NCBI GenBank assembly: GCA_050309605.1
Contig: JBNRMN010000082.1
Coordinates: forward strand, 1-64,000
Source: Anaerohalosphaeraceae bacterium
GTDB taxonomy: Bacteria > Planctomycetota > Phycisphaerae > Sedimentisphaerales > Anaerohalosphaeraceae
Length of the DNA: 64,000 nucleotides
Direction: 5' to 3'
Made by a program: the position numbers and the translations under genes. This document shows, in pieces, positions 7,943-17,230 of the stretch. The notes beneath the pieces are model-generated. The model was not told where the DNA came from and did not search any database. It saw only the letters and a program-made list of their open reading frames with translations. Positions within the stretch are counted from its first letter, which is position 1; each line of letters begins with the position of its first letter.

Positions 7943-10828
7943 GTGAGACAATGGCGGTTTGAAATTACCCCCAAAACGGGGTTTAACGATGTGCACGGCA
8001 CGGCGGTGCTGGAGGATATTGGCCAGCTTGGAATAGCGTCCGTCGAGGCTGCCCAGTCGGCGCGGGTGTATCTGATCGAAGCGGATTTTGACGAGGCGTT
8101 TGCCGAGCGGGTCGCGCGGGAACTGTTGACCGATCCGGTCTGTCAGACGTATTACATCGGGCGTCAGGAGGTTCCGGACGATGAGCGTCCGATGACACTG
8201 GTGGAGGTGCACTTAAAAAGCGGCGTAACCGATCCGGTGGCCGAGTCGGTTCGGGCGGCGCTGAAGGATATGGGCGCCGGTGCGGTCGAATCGGTGCGTA
8301 CGGCACGCCGATTTGTGCTGTTCGGGTCACTGACGCCGGAGCAGCGGGATATGATTGTCCGCCGTGTGTTGGCCAATGACTGCATCGAAGAGGTCATTTA
8401 CGGCGCCGACGCCGAGCCGCCCAGTCCGCATACCCGGCCGTATGAGCTTAATCTGATTGAAATTCCCATCCGCGATCTGAATGATGCGGCGCTGGTCAAC
8501 CTAAGCAAAGAGAAAGATTTGTTCCTGAATCTGCGTGAGATGCAGACGATTCGGGACTATTATCGCACAGTCGGACGCGAGCCGACGGACGTGGAACTGG
8601 AGACACTGGCCCAGACCTGGAGCGAGCACTGCGTCCATAAGACCCTCAAGAGCAGTGTGGATATGGATTTGGACGGCCAGTCTGTTCACTTTGACAATCT
8701 GCTCAAGGAGACGGTCTTTAAGGCCACCAAAGATCTGAATCAAGACTGGTGTATTTCGGTTTTTGTTGACAATGCCGGCGTAATTGAATTCGATCAGGAC
8801 GCGGCCCTTTGTTTCAAGGTCGAGACCCACAATCGTCCTTCGGCCCTGGATCCGTACGGCGGGGCGGCCACCGGCATCGGCGGGGTCATCCGCGATTCGA
8901 TGGGCACGGGGCTGGGGGCCAAACCCATCGCCAACACCGATGTGTTCTGCTTTGGACGGCCGGATATGAAGATACAAGACGTGCCCAAGGGTGTACTTCA
9001 TCCGCGGCGTGTGATGAAGGGGGTCGTTGCCGGCGTGCGCGATTACGGCAACCGAATGGGGATTCCGACAGTCAACGGGGCGATTTTTTTTGATGACCGC
9101 TATCTGGCCAATCCGCTGGTATTTTGCGGCAGTATCGGGACACTGCCGCGAGATAAATGTTTCAAGAAGGCCCGCAGCGGCGATCTTATCGTGGTGGTCG
9201 GCGGGCGAACCGGACGCGACGGCATTCACGGGGCGACCTTTTCCAGCGGTGAGATTACCCACGAACACGAGACGATCTTTTCACACGCCGTGCAGATCGG
9301 CAATGCCATTACGGAAAAAAAGATGCTTGATACGCTCCTGCAGGCACGCGATGCCGGCCTGTATGAGGCTGTTACCGACTGTGGAGCGGGCGGGCTGAGC
9401 AGCGCCGTCGGCGAGATGGGGGCCGACTTGGGCGCTGAGGTCGATCTGGAGAAAGTGCCGCTCAAATATATGGGCCTGTCTTATACCGAAATCTGGATAA
9501 GCGAGGCCCAGGAGCGAATGGTGCTGGCGGTCAGTCCGGAGAAAGTGGATGCGATCTTGGCGATTTTTTCCGCCGAGGATGTGGAGGCGACCGTGATCGG
9601 GCGGTTTACCGACGATAAGAAGCTGACGCTTCGTTATAATAATGTGCAGGTCGGTCAGTTGGATATGGATTTTCTGCACGAGGGGATTTGCAAGTATCAG
9701 CGCAAGGCCGTGTGGTACAGCCGACCGGCCGCGGAGCCGACGCCGACGCCCAAAGATCATTACAACGACGATCTGTTGAGACTGCTCGGTTCTTATAATA
9801 TTGCGTCCAAAGAATGGGTCATTCGACAATACGACCATGAAGTGCAGGGCGCCAGCGTCATTAAGCCTCTCGGCGGCATCGCCAATGATGGACCGATGGA
9901 TGCGGCGGTGCTGCGGCCGAAATTTGACAGCGACAAGGGCTTTGCCGTCGCCTGCGGGATGAATCCATGTTACGGCGATATCGATCCGTATTGGATGGCG
10001 CTGGCGGGAATTGACGAGGCGGTTCGCAATCTGATCTGTGTCGGCGCGCGGTTTGATCGGATTGCCTTGCTGGATAATTTCTGCTGGGGCGACTGCAATG
10101 ACCCCGAAACGCTCGGTGCGCTGGTTAGGGCTTGTCAGGCCTGTTACGACGGCGCGGTGGGTTACGGCACGCCGTTTATTTCCGGCAAGGATTCACTGAA
10201 CAACGCCTTTGTTGCTGATGACGGCCGGCGTGTTTCGATTCCGCATACGCTGTTGATCAGTGCAATCGGGCTGGTGGAGGATGTCCATCGCTGTGTAACG
10301 ATGGATGTCAAGGAGGCGGGCAATCTGCTGTTTGTTGTGGGATTGACGAAAAACGAACTGGGCGGCTCGCATTATTATCGCCTGTTCAATCAGCTTGGCT
10401 CGAGCGTGCCGAAAGTCGATATCAAGACCGCTGCGGAAACGGCCCGACGCATCAGCGCAGCGATCGACAAAGGCCTGGTTCGATCCTGCCATGACTGTTC
10501 GGAAGGCGGGCTGGCTGTGGCGCTGGCGGAGATGGCGTTTGCCGGCGGGCTGGGGATTGAGGCTGACCTGCGCGGTTTGCCGACGGCACCGGACTGTGTG
10601 CGCACCGAAGCGCAGCTCTTTAGCGAATCCAACGCCCGCTATGTCGTGGAGGTCACGCCGGATAACTTCCATGCGTTTGCCGAATTGTTGCTGAATCTGC
10701 CGTTCGGCCGGATCGGCGGCGTGGTCGAGGACAAACGCCTTAAGATTCTTGACCGACAGCAAAAAACGGTCATTGACCAGCCCCTTGACGTGCTCAAAGC
10801 AGCCTGGCAAAAACCCCTCTCCTGGTGA
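7943..10828 (+). CDS. purL: Phosphoribosylformylglycinamidine synthase subunit PurL with N-terminal PurS-like region
   Basis: WSEHCVHKT, KVETHN, GAATGIGGVIRD, DCGAGGL, SEAQERM, QYDHEVQG, ISGKDS, HDCSEGG. Confidence 0.97.
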   Translation: MRQWRFEITPKTGFNDVHGTAVLEDIGQLGIASVEAAQSARVYLIEADFDEAFAERVARELLTDPVCQTYYIGRQEVPDDERPMTLVEVHLKSGVTDPVAESVRAALKDMGAGAVESVRTARRFVLFGSLTPEQRDMIVRRVLANDCIEEVIYGADAEPPSPHTRPYELNLIEIPIRDLNDAALVNLSKEKDLFLNLREMQTIRDYYRTVGREPTDVELETLAQTWSEHCVHKTLKSSVDMDLDGQSVHFDNLLKETVFKATKDLNQDWCISVFVDNAGVIEFDQDAALCFKVETHNRPSALDPYGGAATGIGGVIRDSMGTGLGAKPIANTDVFCFGRPDMKIQDVPKGVLHPRRVMKGVVAGVRDYGNRMGIPTVNGAIFFDDRYLANPLVFCGSIGTLPRDKCFKKARSGDLIVVVGGRTGRDGIHGATFSSGEITHEHETIFSHAVQIGNAITEKKMLDTLLQARDAGLYEAVTDCGAGGLSSAVGEMGADLGAEVDLEKVPLKYMGLSYTEIWISEAQERMVLAVSPEKVDAILAIFSAEDVEATVIGRFTDDKKLTLRYNNVQVGQLDMDFLHEGICKYQRKAVWYSRPAAEPTPTPKDHYNDDLLRLLGSYNIASKEWVIRQYDHEVQGASVIKPLGGIANDGPMDAAVLRPKFDSDKGFAVACGMNPCYGDIDPYWMALAGIDEAVRNLICVGARFDRIALLDNFCWGDCNDPETLGALVRACQACYDGAVGYGTPFISGKDSLNNAFVADDGRRVSIPHTLLISAIGLVEDVHRCVTMDVKEAGNLLFVVGLTKNELGGSHYYRLFNQLGSSVPKVDIKTAAETARRISAAIDKGLVRSCHDCSEGGLAVALAEMAFAGGLGIEADLRGLPTAPDCVRTEAQLFSESNARYVVEVTPDNFHAFAELLLNLPFGRIGGVVEDKRLKILDRQQKTVIDQPLDVLKAAWQKPLSW

Positions 10829-10836
10829 AACGATTT

Positions 10837-11099
10837 AACCACGGAGGACACGAAGAGCACGAAGGTTTAATAATGGTAAAGCAAAATGAATTCAGCGAGT
10901 TGTCCGGACGGGTCATTGGTTGTGCCATCGAGGTGCATAGGACGCTGGGGCCGGGTTTGCTGGAGTCGGCTTATCGGCAGTGCCTTTGTCATGAATTACG
11001 ATTGAACGAGATACGATTCGAAGTTGAAAAATGGACTGAAAAGTTTTGTGCTGTAAACAACCAAAAGAAACCTTCGTGAACTTTGTGTTCTTCGTGGTT
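10837..11099. mobile_element. Inverted-repeat-bounded GxxExxY cassette inserted between purL and purQ
   Basis: 32-bp arms at 10837-10868 and 11068-11099 (27/32 complementary, plus 3 G-U wobbles) enclosing a GxxExxY gene remnant. Confidence 0.6.
10873..11056 (+). pseudogene. GxxExxY protein (PD-(D/E)xK nuclease-like), internally deleted
   Basis: N-terminus VIGCAIEVHRTLGPGLLESAYRQCLCHEL..FEVEK is joined out of frame to the family-type C-terminus LKNGLKSFVL* (TAA 11054-11056); the central core is missing. Confidence 0.85.
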
Positions 11100-11123
11100 T
11101 GGTTTTATTGTTAGGGATTGTGA

Positions 11124-11924
11124 ATGAACAACGTAAAAGCAATTGTATTACGGGCGGCGGGGATTAACTGCGACCTGGAGACCGAACACGCCCTGCGGCT
11201 GGCAGGTGCCGAAGCGGAGCGAATTCATATGAACCGGATCATGGCCGAGCCGTCTCTGCTGGACGGCGTACAGATTCTGGTCTTTCCCGGCGGGTTCAGC
11301 TACGGCGACGATGTGGCGGCGGGCAAGATTCTGGCCAATCAGGTCGTGCATCATCTCAGCGACCTGCTGCACCGGTTTGTTGAGCAGGGCAAACTGATTC
11401 TCGGCATCTGCAACGGGTTTCAGGTGCTGATAAAAACCGGTCTGACACCGGCGCTGAACAACGACGCACAAACGTCCGCGGCCGATTATCCGGCGACGCT
11501 GACGGATAATGACAGCGGACGATTTGAAGACCGCTGGGTCTATTTGCAGCCCGGCACCGAGCGCTGCGTGTTTATCGAATCGGAACGGCGGATTTATCTG
11601 CCGATCGCACACGGCGAGGGCAAGGTCGTCGTCCGTGATGCGGCCACGCTGGCACGGTTGCGCGACGAAGGCTACGTGGCGTTTCGCTATGTCGATGCCG
11701 AAGGTCGCCGCGGTCCGTTTCCGGTCAATCCCAATGGCTCGCAGGACGATATCGCTGCGCTGACCGATTCGACCGGGCGTGTGTTGGGGATGATGCCGCA
11801 TCCGGAACGGTTTGTCCGGCTGACGCAGCATCCGCACTGGACGCGGCTGAAAGAACGTGAAGGATTCGGCGACGGCATGACGATTTTCAATAACGCCGTC
11901 AGATATATTCGTGAACATTTTTAA
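11124..11924 (+). CDS. purQ: Phosphoribosylformylglycinamidine synthase glutaminase subunit
   Basis: GINCD, PGGFSYGD, LGICNGFQ, AHGEG, NPNGS, GMMPHPER. Confidence 0.97.
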   Translation: MNNVKAIVLRAAGINCDLETEHALRLAGAEAERIHMNRIMAEPSLLDGVQILVFPGGFSYGDDVAAGKILANQVVHHLSDLLHRFVEQGKLILGICNGFQVLIKTGLTPALNNDAQTSAADYPATLTDNDSGRFEDRWVYLQPGTERCVFIESERRIYLPIAHGEGKVVVRDAATLARLRDEGYVAFRYVDAEGRRGPFPVNPNGSQDDIAALTDSTGRVLGMMPHPERFVRLTQHPHWTRLKEREGFGDGMTIFNNAVRYIREHF

Positions 11925-11942
11925 GTAGAGAGGCATGACAGG

Positions 11943-13178
11943 ATGATTTCAGTCAACGAACATTTTCTAAAACTTAAAGCCGGTTATTTATTTCCAGAAA
12001 TCGGGCGGCGTGTGGCCGCTTTTTCGAAAGCCAATCCCGATGCGAATATCATTCGTTTGGGCATCGGAGATGTGACCGAGCCGCTTGTGCCGGCACTCAT
12101 TGAAGCGATGCACAAAGCGGTTGATGAGATGGCCTCAGCCAAGACGTTTCGCGGGTACGGTCCGGAGCAAGGGTACGCTTTCTTGCGCGAGGCGATTGTC
12201 GAGCATGATTATCGAGCGCGTCAGATGGACATTTCGCCGGAAGAGATTTTCATCAGTGACGGCGCCAAATGCGACACCGGCAACTTGCAGGAAATCTTTT
12301 CGGTTGATAATACGGTGGCGGTGACCGACCCGGTGTATCCGGTCTATGTTGATACCAATGTCATGGCCGGTCGCACCGGTCAGGCCGACCAGGCCGGTCG
12401 TTACGGCAACATTGTCTATATGCCCTGCACTGCCGAAAACGATTTTGTGCCCGAGCTGCCCACAGAGGCGGTGGACATGATTTATTTGTGCTATCCGAAT
12501 AATCCGACCGGCGCAACGGCGACGAAAGAACAACTGAAAAAATGGGTTGATTACGCCATCGCCAACAAATCGATCATTCTGTACGACGCCGCTTATGAGG
12601 CGTTCATTAAGGACCAGACGATTCCCCGGTCGATTTACGAAATTGAGGGCGCCAAAAAGGCGGCGATTGAATTTCGCAGTTTTTCCAAAACGGCCGGTTT
12701 TACCGGTGTGCGGTGTGCGTTTACGGTTGTTCCGAAAGACCTTGTCGCCTACAAAAAAGACGGCTCGACGGTGGAGCTGAACGCTATATGGAACCGCCGG
12801 CAGAGCACCAAGTTCAACGGCGTCAGCTATGTGACGCAAGCGGCGGCGGCGGCGGTTTATACCCCTGAAGGACAAACGCAGATTCGCAGGGTCATTGATC
12901 TGTATATGGGCAATGCCAAAATGATGCGCGATGCGCTGACAGCGCTGGGGCTGTCGGTCTATGGCGGCCTGCACGCCCCGTATGTCTGGCTCAAGACGCC
13001 CGACGGCGTTGGCTCGTGGGAATTTTTCGACCGATTGCTGAATAAGGCACATGTCGTCGGCACGCCGGGAGCGGGCTTTGGCGCCGCCGGTGAAGGATAC
13101 TTCCGCCTAAGCGCATTCAATCATCCCGACAAGGTGGCCGAGGCGATGAAACGGATGGAATCGCTTGATTGCTTATGA
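11943..13178 (+). CDS. dapL: LL-diaminopimelate aminotransferase
   Basis: [50 protein letters not shown]. Confidence 0.95.
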   Translation: MISVNEHFLKLKAGYLFPEIGRRVAAFSKANPDANIIRLGIGDVTEPLVPALIEAMHKAVDEMASAKTFRGYGPEQGYAFLREAIVEHDYRARQMDISPEEIFISDGAKCDTGNLQEIFSVDNTVAVTDPVYPVYVDTNVMAGRTGQADQAGRYGNIVYMPCTAENDFVPELPTEAVDMIYLCYPNNPTGATATKEQLKKWVDYAIANKSIILYDAAYEAFIKDQTIPRSIYEIEGAKKAAIEFRSFSKTAGFTGVRCAFTVVPKDLVAYKKDGSTVELNAIWNRRQSTKFNGVSYVTQAAAAAVYTPEGQTQIRRVIDLYMGNAKMMRDALTALGLSVYGGLHAPYVWLKTPDGVGSWEFFDRLLNKAHVVGTPGAGFGAAGEGYFRLSAFNHPDKVAEAMKRMESLDCL

Positions 13179-13204
13179 TAATTACGGCCTGAAAGGCCGA
13201 TTTT

Positions 13205-14281
13205 ATGACGATGATTGTCTATCTCGGTTTGGGATCGAACCTGGGCGACCGTACGGCGAATTTCCGTGCAGCGCTGGCGGCACTGCAGGCACATCCGGCG
13301 ATTGCGGCGGTGCAGGTCAGTTCGTTTTATGAAACTGCACCGCTGGCCGATTCCGAACAGCCGATGTATCTCAATGCTGTTGCGCAGGTTGAAACGTCGC
13401 TGGAGCCGACGGCGCTGCTGACGGTTTTGCAGGAAATTGAGCAGCGGCTGGGACGAACGCGCGGCAATCGCTGGCAGCCCAGAACGATGGATCTGGATTT
13501 GCTTTTGTACGGCAACCGAGTCGTTCAAACGTCGGACTTGATCGTGCCGCATCCGCAGATGCACCTGCGTTCTTTCGTTCTGAAAGGGCTTTGTGAGTTG
13601 AACGGGAATGTGATTCATCCGCTTTTAGGCCGAACAGCGGCGCAGTTATACGAACGGCTGAACGGTCGGGATTATTATCGCGACCCGGCCCGACCGCAGT
13701 TGGTTTCGATTGCCGGCCTGATCGGCGTGGGCAAAACCACACTGGCCGCACGACTGGCCGACAGGCTCAGGGCGATGCTGATTTGCGAACGATATGACGA
13801 CAATCCCTATCTGGCGGATGTCTATGCCGGCAACCGAAGTGTGGTACTTGACTCGGAGTTATTTTTTCTGTCCAGCAGTGCCGCGCAGTTACGCCGTGAC
13901 CGACTGAAAAACGGCCGGGGCTACATCAGCGATTATGTCTTTGACAAAGCCCTGGTGTATGCATCAAGCTGGCTGGATGCCGACGAACTGGCCTCGTACA
14001 CACGCCATTATGAGTGCGTCGTTGAACAGGTGTCCGCTCCGGTTGTGGTCGTGTATTTGAACGATTCGGTCCAAGCGTGCCTGGATCGGATTCATCGGCG
14101 CAATCGACCGTACGAACAACACATTGAGCCGGATTTTTTGACGGCTCTCAAGCAAAAATACGATACCCTGTACGCTGCCTGGACGAGGTGTCCGGTGATC
14201 CGCGTTGATGCGTGTCAATGCGCTCAGCCGGAGCAGGCGGCTGCGTGGGCGGATGAAATACGATATTATCTGGCTTTGTAA
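13205..14281 (+). CDS. folK: HPPK (FolK) fused to a deoxynucleoside-kinase-family domain
   Basis: YLGLGSNLGDR, YET, PRTMDLDLL, PHP..HLRSFVL, then P-loop GLIGVGKTT, NPYL, RIHRRNRPYE. Confidence 0.9.
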   Translation: MTMIVYLGLGSNLGDRTANFRAALAALQAHPAIAAVQVSSFYETAPLADSEQPMYLNAVAQVETSLEPTALLTVLQEIEQRLGRTRGNRWQPRTMDLDLLLYGNRVVQTSDLIVPHPQMHLRSFVLKGLCELNGNVIHPLLGRTAAQLYERLNGRDYYRDPARPQLVSIAGLIGVGKTTLAARLADRLRAMLICERYDDNPYLADVYAGNRSVVLDSELFFLSSSAAQLRRDRLKNGRGYISDYVFDKALVYASSWLDADELASYTRHYECVVEQVSAPVVVVYLNDSVQACLDRIHRRNRPYEQHIEPDFLTALKQKYDTLYAAWTRCPVIRVDACQCAQPEQAAAWADEIRYYLAL

Positions 14282-14284
14282 ACA

Positions 14285-15148
14285 ATGAAAATAGCCTCTA
14301 CCATAGATGAAGTTCGAGAATGTGTCCGCTCGGCACGCCGCGACGGCAAACGTCTCGGTCTGGTGCCGACGATGGGGGCGCTTCATGCCGGACATGGGGC
14401 GCTGATCGAAAACGCGGTGCGCGAGTGCGGCTATGTCATCGTCAGCATTTTCGTCAACCCGACTCAGTTTGGTCCGAACGAAGATTTTGCGCAATATCCT
14501 CGTCCGTTCGAGCAGGATACGGCCTATTGTCAGCGGCGTGGTGTGGATGCGATTTTTGCGCCTTCGGCGGAACAAATGTACCCCCGATGTCAGCACACCT
14601 GGGTCGAGGTGGACAAGTTGACCGAGGGCTTGTGCGGTGCGGCCCGGCCGGGTCATTTTCGCGGCGTCACAACCGTGTGTGCCAAATTGTTCAATATTGT
14701 GATGCCCGATGTCGCCTATTTCGGCCAAAAAGACGCGCAGCAGGTCGTCGTGATCCGGCGGATGGTGGACGATTTGAATTTTCCGCTGATGATTCGGGTC
14801 TGTCCGATTGTCCGAGAGCCGGACGGGCTGGCGATGAGCAGTCGAAATCGCTACTTGTCGCCCGAGCAGCGGCGAAGGGCGGTCTGCTTGCATCAGGCGC
14901 TGGAATCCTGCCGCCAAACGTTTGACCAAGGCTGTCGCCGTGCCACTGAACTAATTGAGCTAATGCGCGGTGTCATTGAACGGGCTGGGGGGCGCATTGA
15001 ATATGTCAGCATCGTCGATGCGGAAACACTTGAACCGGTCGAGACCATTGACCGCCGGGCGCTGGTTGCGCTGGCGGTGTTTATCGGCTCGACGCGGCTG
15101 ATTGATAATTGTCTGCTGGACTTGCATCCGCCGGAAAAGTGCGTATAA
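14285..15148 (+). CDS. panC: Pantoate-beta-alanine ligase
   Basis: VPTMGALHAGH, SIFVNPTQF, RPGHFRGV, FGQKDAQQ, GLAMSSRN, RLIDN. Confidence 0.97.
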   Translation: MKIASTIDEVRECVRSARRDGKRLGLVPTMGALHAGHGALIENAVRECGYVIVSIFVNPTQFGPNEDFAQYPRPFEQDTAYCQRRGVDAIFAPSAEQMYPRCQHTWVEVDKLTEGLCGAARPGHFRGVTTVCAKLFNIVMPDVAYFGQKDAQQVVVIRRMVDDLNFPLMIRVCPIVREPDGLAMSSRNRYLSPEQRRRAVCLHQALESCRQTFDQGCRRATELIELMRGVIERAGGRIEYVSIVDAETLEPVETIDRRALVALAVFIGSTRLIDNCLLDLHPPEKCV

Positions 15149-15191
15149 TAGCAAGTTTCAAATATCTGATTTATTGCGGGAATCATTGAGT

Positions 15192-15548
15192 ATGTGGGTA
15201 AAAGCGTTAAAAGGCAAAATTCATCGGGCACGAGTCACCCGGACGAAAATTGATTACCCCGGCAGTATCGGCATTGACGCCGAGATGCTCGAAGCAGCGG
15301 GAATCCAAAATTACGAAGAGGTGCTGGTGGCCAATGTCACCAACGGTGAGCGGGTGGAGACCTATGTGGTGCCCGAACCGGCCGGCAGTAAAGACATCAT
15401 CGTCCTCGGTGCGGCGGCACGGCTGTTTAGCCCCGGCGATATTGTGATTATCATGAACTTTGCCTATTATGACCGGGATGAGCTGAAAGCTCATAAACCG
15501 CATATTATCGCGTGCGACGAGCACAATGGCTATCACTTCGTTAAATAA
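15192..15548 (+). CDS. panD: Aspartate 1-decarboxylase
   Basis: KIHRA, Y-x-G/S self-cleavage site (YPGSI), NGERVETY, GAAARL; ATG at 15192. Confidence 0.93.
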   Translation: MWVKALKGKIHRARVTRTKIDYPGSIGIDAEMLEAAGIQNYEEVLVANVTNGERVETYVVPEPAGSKDIIVLGAAARLFSPGDIVIIMNFAYYDRDELKAHKPHIIACDEHNGYHFVK

Positions 15549-15560
15549 GACAGAGAACAC

Positions 15561-16556
15561 ATGCACCCGGAATTATTCGAAGTTCCGTTTCTGAATATCA
15601 CTGTCAAAAGTTACGGCACGATGATGGTGATCGGGTTTTTGCTGGCGACGCTGCTGATGCGCCGGATGATGAAAAAGGCCGGAGAAAATCCTGAATGGAT
15701 TACCAATGCCGCGTTGTATGCCCTCCTTGCCGGTGTGGCCGGTTCCAAGCTGTTTTATGTGGTTCACCATTATGACCCGTCGCGCTCGCTGTGGAAGCTG
15801 ATTTTTTCCGGTGCAGGCTTTGAGTTTCTCGGCGGAGTCTTGACGGCTATCGTCTTTTTGCTGATTTATCTTCGCTTCAAAAAGCTGTCGTGGCGGCTGT
15901 ATTTTGACGTGCTGGCGGTTGGATTGATGCTTGGGTTGGCGTTCGGTCGAATCGGGTGCTTTTTGAACGGCTGCTGTTACGGCGGTCCTGCTGACGTGCC
16001 GTGGGCGGTACGGTTTCCTTACGGAAGTTTGCCGTATTACAATCTGGTCTATCCGAATGAGGCGCGGATGCGGGATAAGCCTCGGCTGGAATTGCCGAGC
16101 GATTATTTCGGCTGGCAGGATCGGCAGGGCGATTGGATTGCGGCCTCTGAACAGGATAAATACAGCGCCGCGCTTAAGCCCAAAGAACAGTTGACGCCTG
16201 AACAGCGAGCCGCCGTTGCTGAGGGGCTGTATCGCTGTTTGCCCGTTCATCCGACGCAACTTTATTCGAGTCTGAATGCGTTTTTGCTGACGGCGATTTT
16301 CTATGGCCTGTGGCGCCGCATCGGCCTGAGAAAGCCGGGGGTGGTTTTGGGATTGATGCTCATTGCCTATGGGGTAACGCGATTTGCCCTGGAAATGCTG
16401 CGCGACGACAATCCCTTTGAATACGCTTGGTGGATGCTGTATAAAGGCGGCACCATTTCGCAGAATATCTCGATTTATCTTATTCTGTTTGGAGCCGTCC
16501 TGCTGGGCATTGTGTCAAAGATGAAGCCGCCGGTCGTACCTCGAAAAAAATCCTGA
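15561..16556 (+). CDS. lgt: Prolipoprotein diacylglyceryl transferase
   Basis: MHPELF, SYG, GRIGCFLNGCCYG, HPTQLY, RFALEMLR. Confidence 0.92.
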   Translation: MHPELFEVPFLNITVKSYGTMMVIGFLLATLLMRRMMKKAGENPEWITNAALYALLAGVAGSKLFYVVHHYDPSRSLWKLIFSGAGFEFLGGVLTAIVFLLIYLRFKKLSWRLYFDVLAVGLMLGLAFGRIGCFLNGCCYGGPADVPWAVRFPYGSLPYYNLVYPNEARMRDKPRLELPSDYFGWQDRQGDWIAASEQDKYSAALKPKEQLTPEQRAAVAEGLYRCLPVHPTQLYSSLNAFLLTAIFYGLWRRIGLRKPGVVLGLMLIAYGVTRFALEMLRDDNPFEYAWWMLYKGGTISQNISIYLILFGAVLLGIVSKMKPPVVPRKKS

Positions 16557-16579
16557 TAGAAAAAGTTTGAGCGAAGATA

Positions 16580-17230
16580 TTATGTTTTTCGGCCGATTTT
16601 GTGTTCCGAGCCGTTCAGCAGGCGTTTGATGTTATCGTGGTGTCGAACCACGACTAAAATCGCCATCACCGCCGCGATAATCAGCAGCGGCCAAAGCTGT
16701 GAAAACCGCCAGTCATCAAAGACAGCCGTCAGGGTTGCGAATATCACCGGAAAGCTGATTGCGGCAATCATTGAGGCCAGCGAGACATAGCGCCAAAGCC
16801 ATACCGACAGCACCCAGATCAGAAACGCCGCGATGCCGCAAAGCGTAAAATACGGCCACAGCCCCAACACAATCCCCAGACTGGTGGCCACGCCTTTGCC
16901 GCCTTTGAAGTTCAGATAAATCGGGAAAATATGGCCGCACACCGCCGCACATCCGACCAGAATCCAGATTAGCAGTTCCTGTGTATTCGGCTGCTCTGAA
17001 ACAACACCCGCCAGCCGTGCCAGCAGCATCGGCGTCAGGCCCTTGAGTACATCCAGCAGAAAACACACATACGCCCATTTTTTGCCCAATGCCCGCGAGA
17101 CATTGGTTGCGCCGATATTGCCCGAACCGACCGCACGCAAATTCACCCCGTGCGCCCGGGCGATCAGGAAACCGAACGGAATCGAGCCGAGCAGATAAGC
17201 GCCTGCGATTAGTATCATTGAGTTCATCAT
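16580..17230 (-). CDS. plsY: Glycerol-3-phosphate acyltransferase PlsY
   Basis: YLLGSIPFG, GSGNIGATNVSR, DVLKG, GHIFP..FKGGKGVAT, RHHDNIKRL. Confidence 0.96.
   Translation of the reverse strand: MMNSMILIAGAYLLGSIPFGFLIARAHGVNLRAVGSGNIGATNVSRALGKKWAYVCFLLDVLKGLTPMLLARLAGVVSEQPNTQELLIWILVGCAAVCGHIFPIYLNFKGGKGVATSLGIVLGLWPYFTLCGIAAFLIWVLSVWLWRYVSLASMIAAISFPVIFATLTAVFDDWRFSQLWPLLIIAAVMAILVVVRHHDNIKRLLNGSEHKIGRKT

Noticed and set aside
10825..11079. 84-aa ORF as an intact His/Glu-rich protein
   Set aside because: NHGGHEEHE is the translated repeat arm and the tail is out of frame after a deletion; it is a gene remnant.
10837..11099. CRISPR array or classical IS
   Set aside because: Only two inverted arms with internal 9-mers; no spacers, cas genes, transposase or clear target duplication.
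8501..14929. Long antisense ORFs (for example 8501..9268, 12135..13052, 13964..14929)
   Set aside because: Shadows of GC-rich coding strands with no recognisable motifs; the same applies to similar ORFs across the window.
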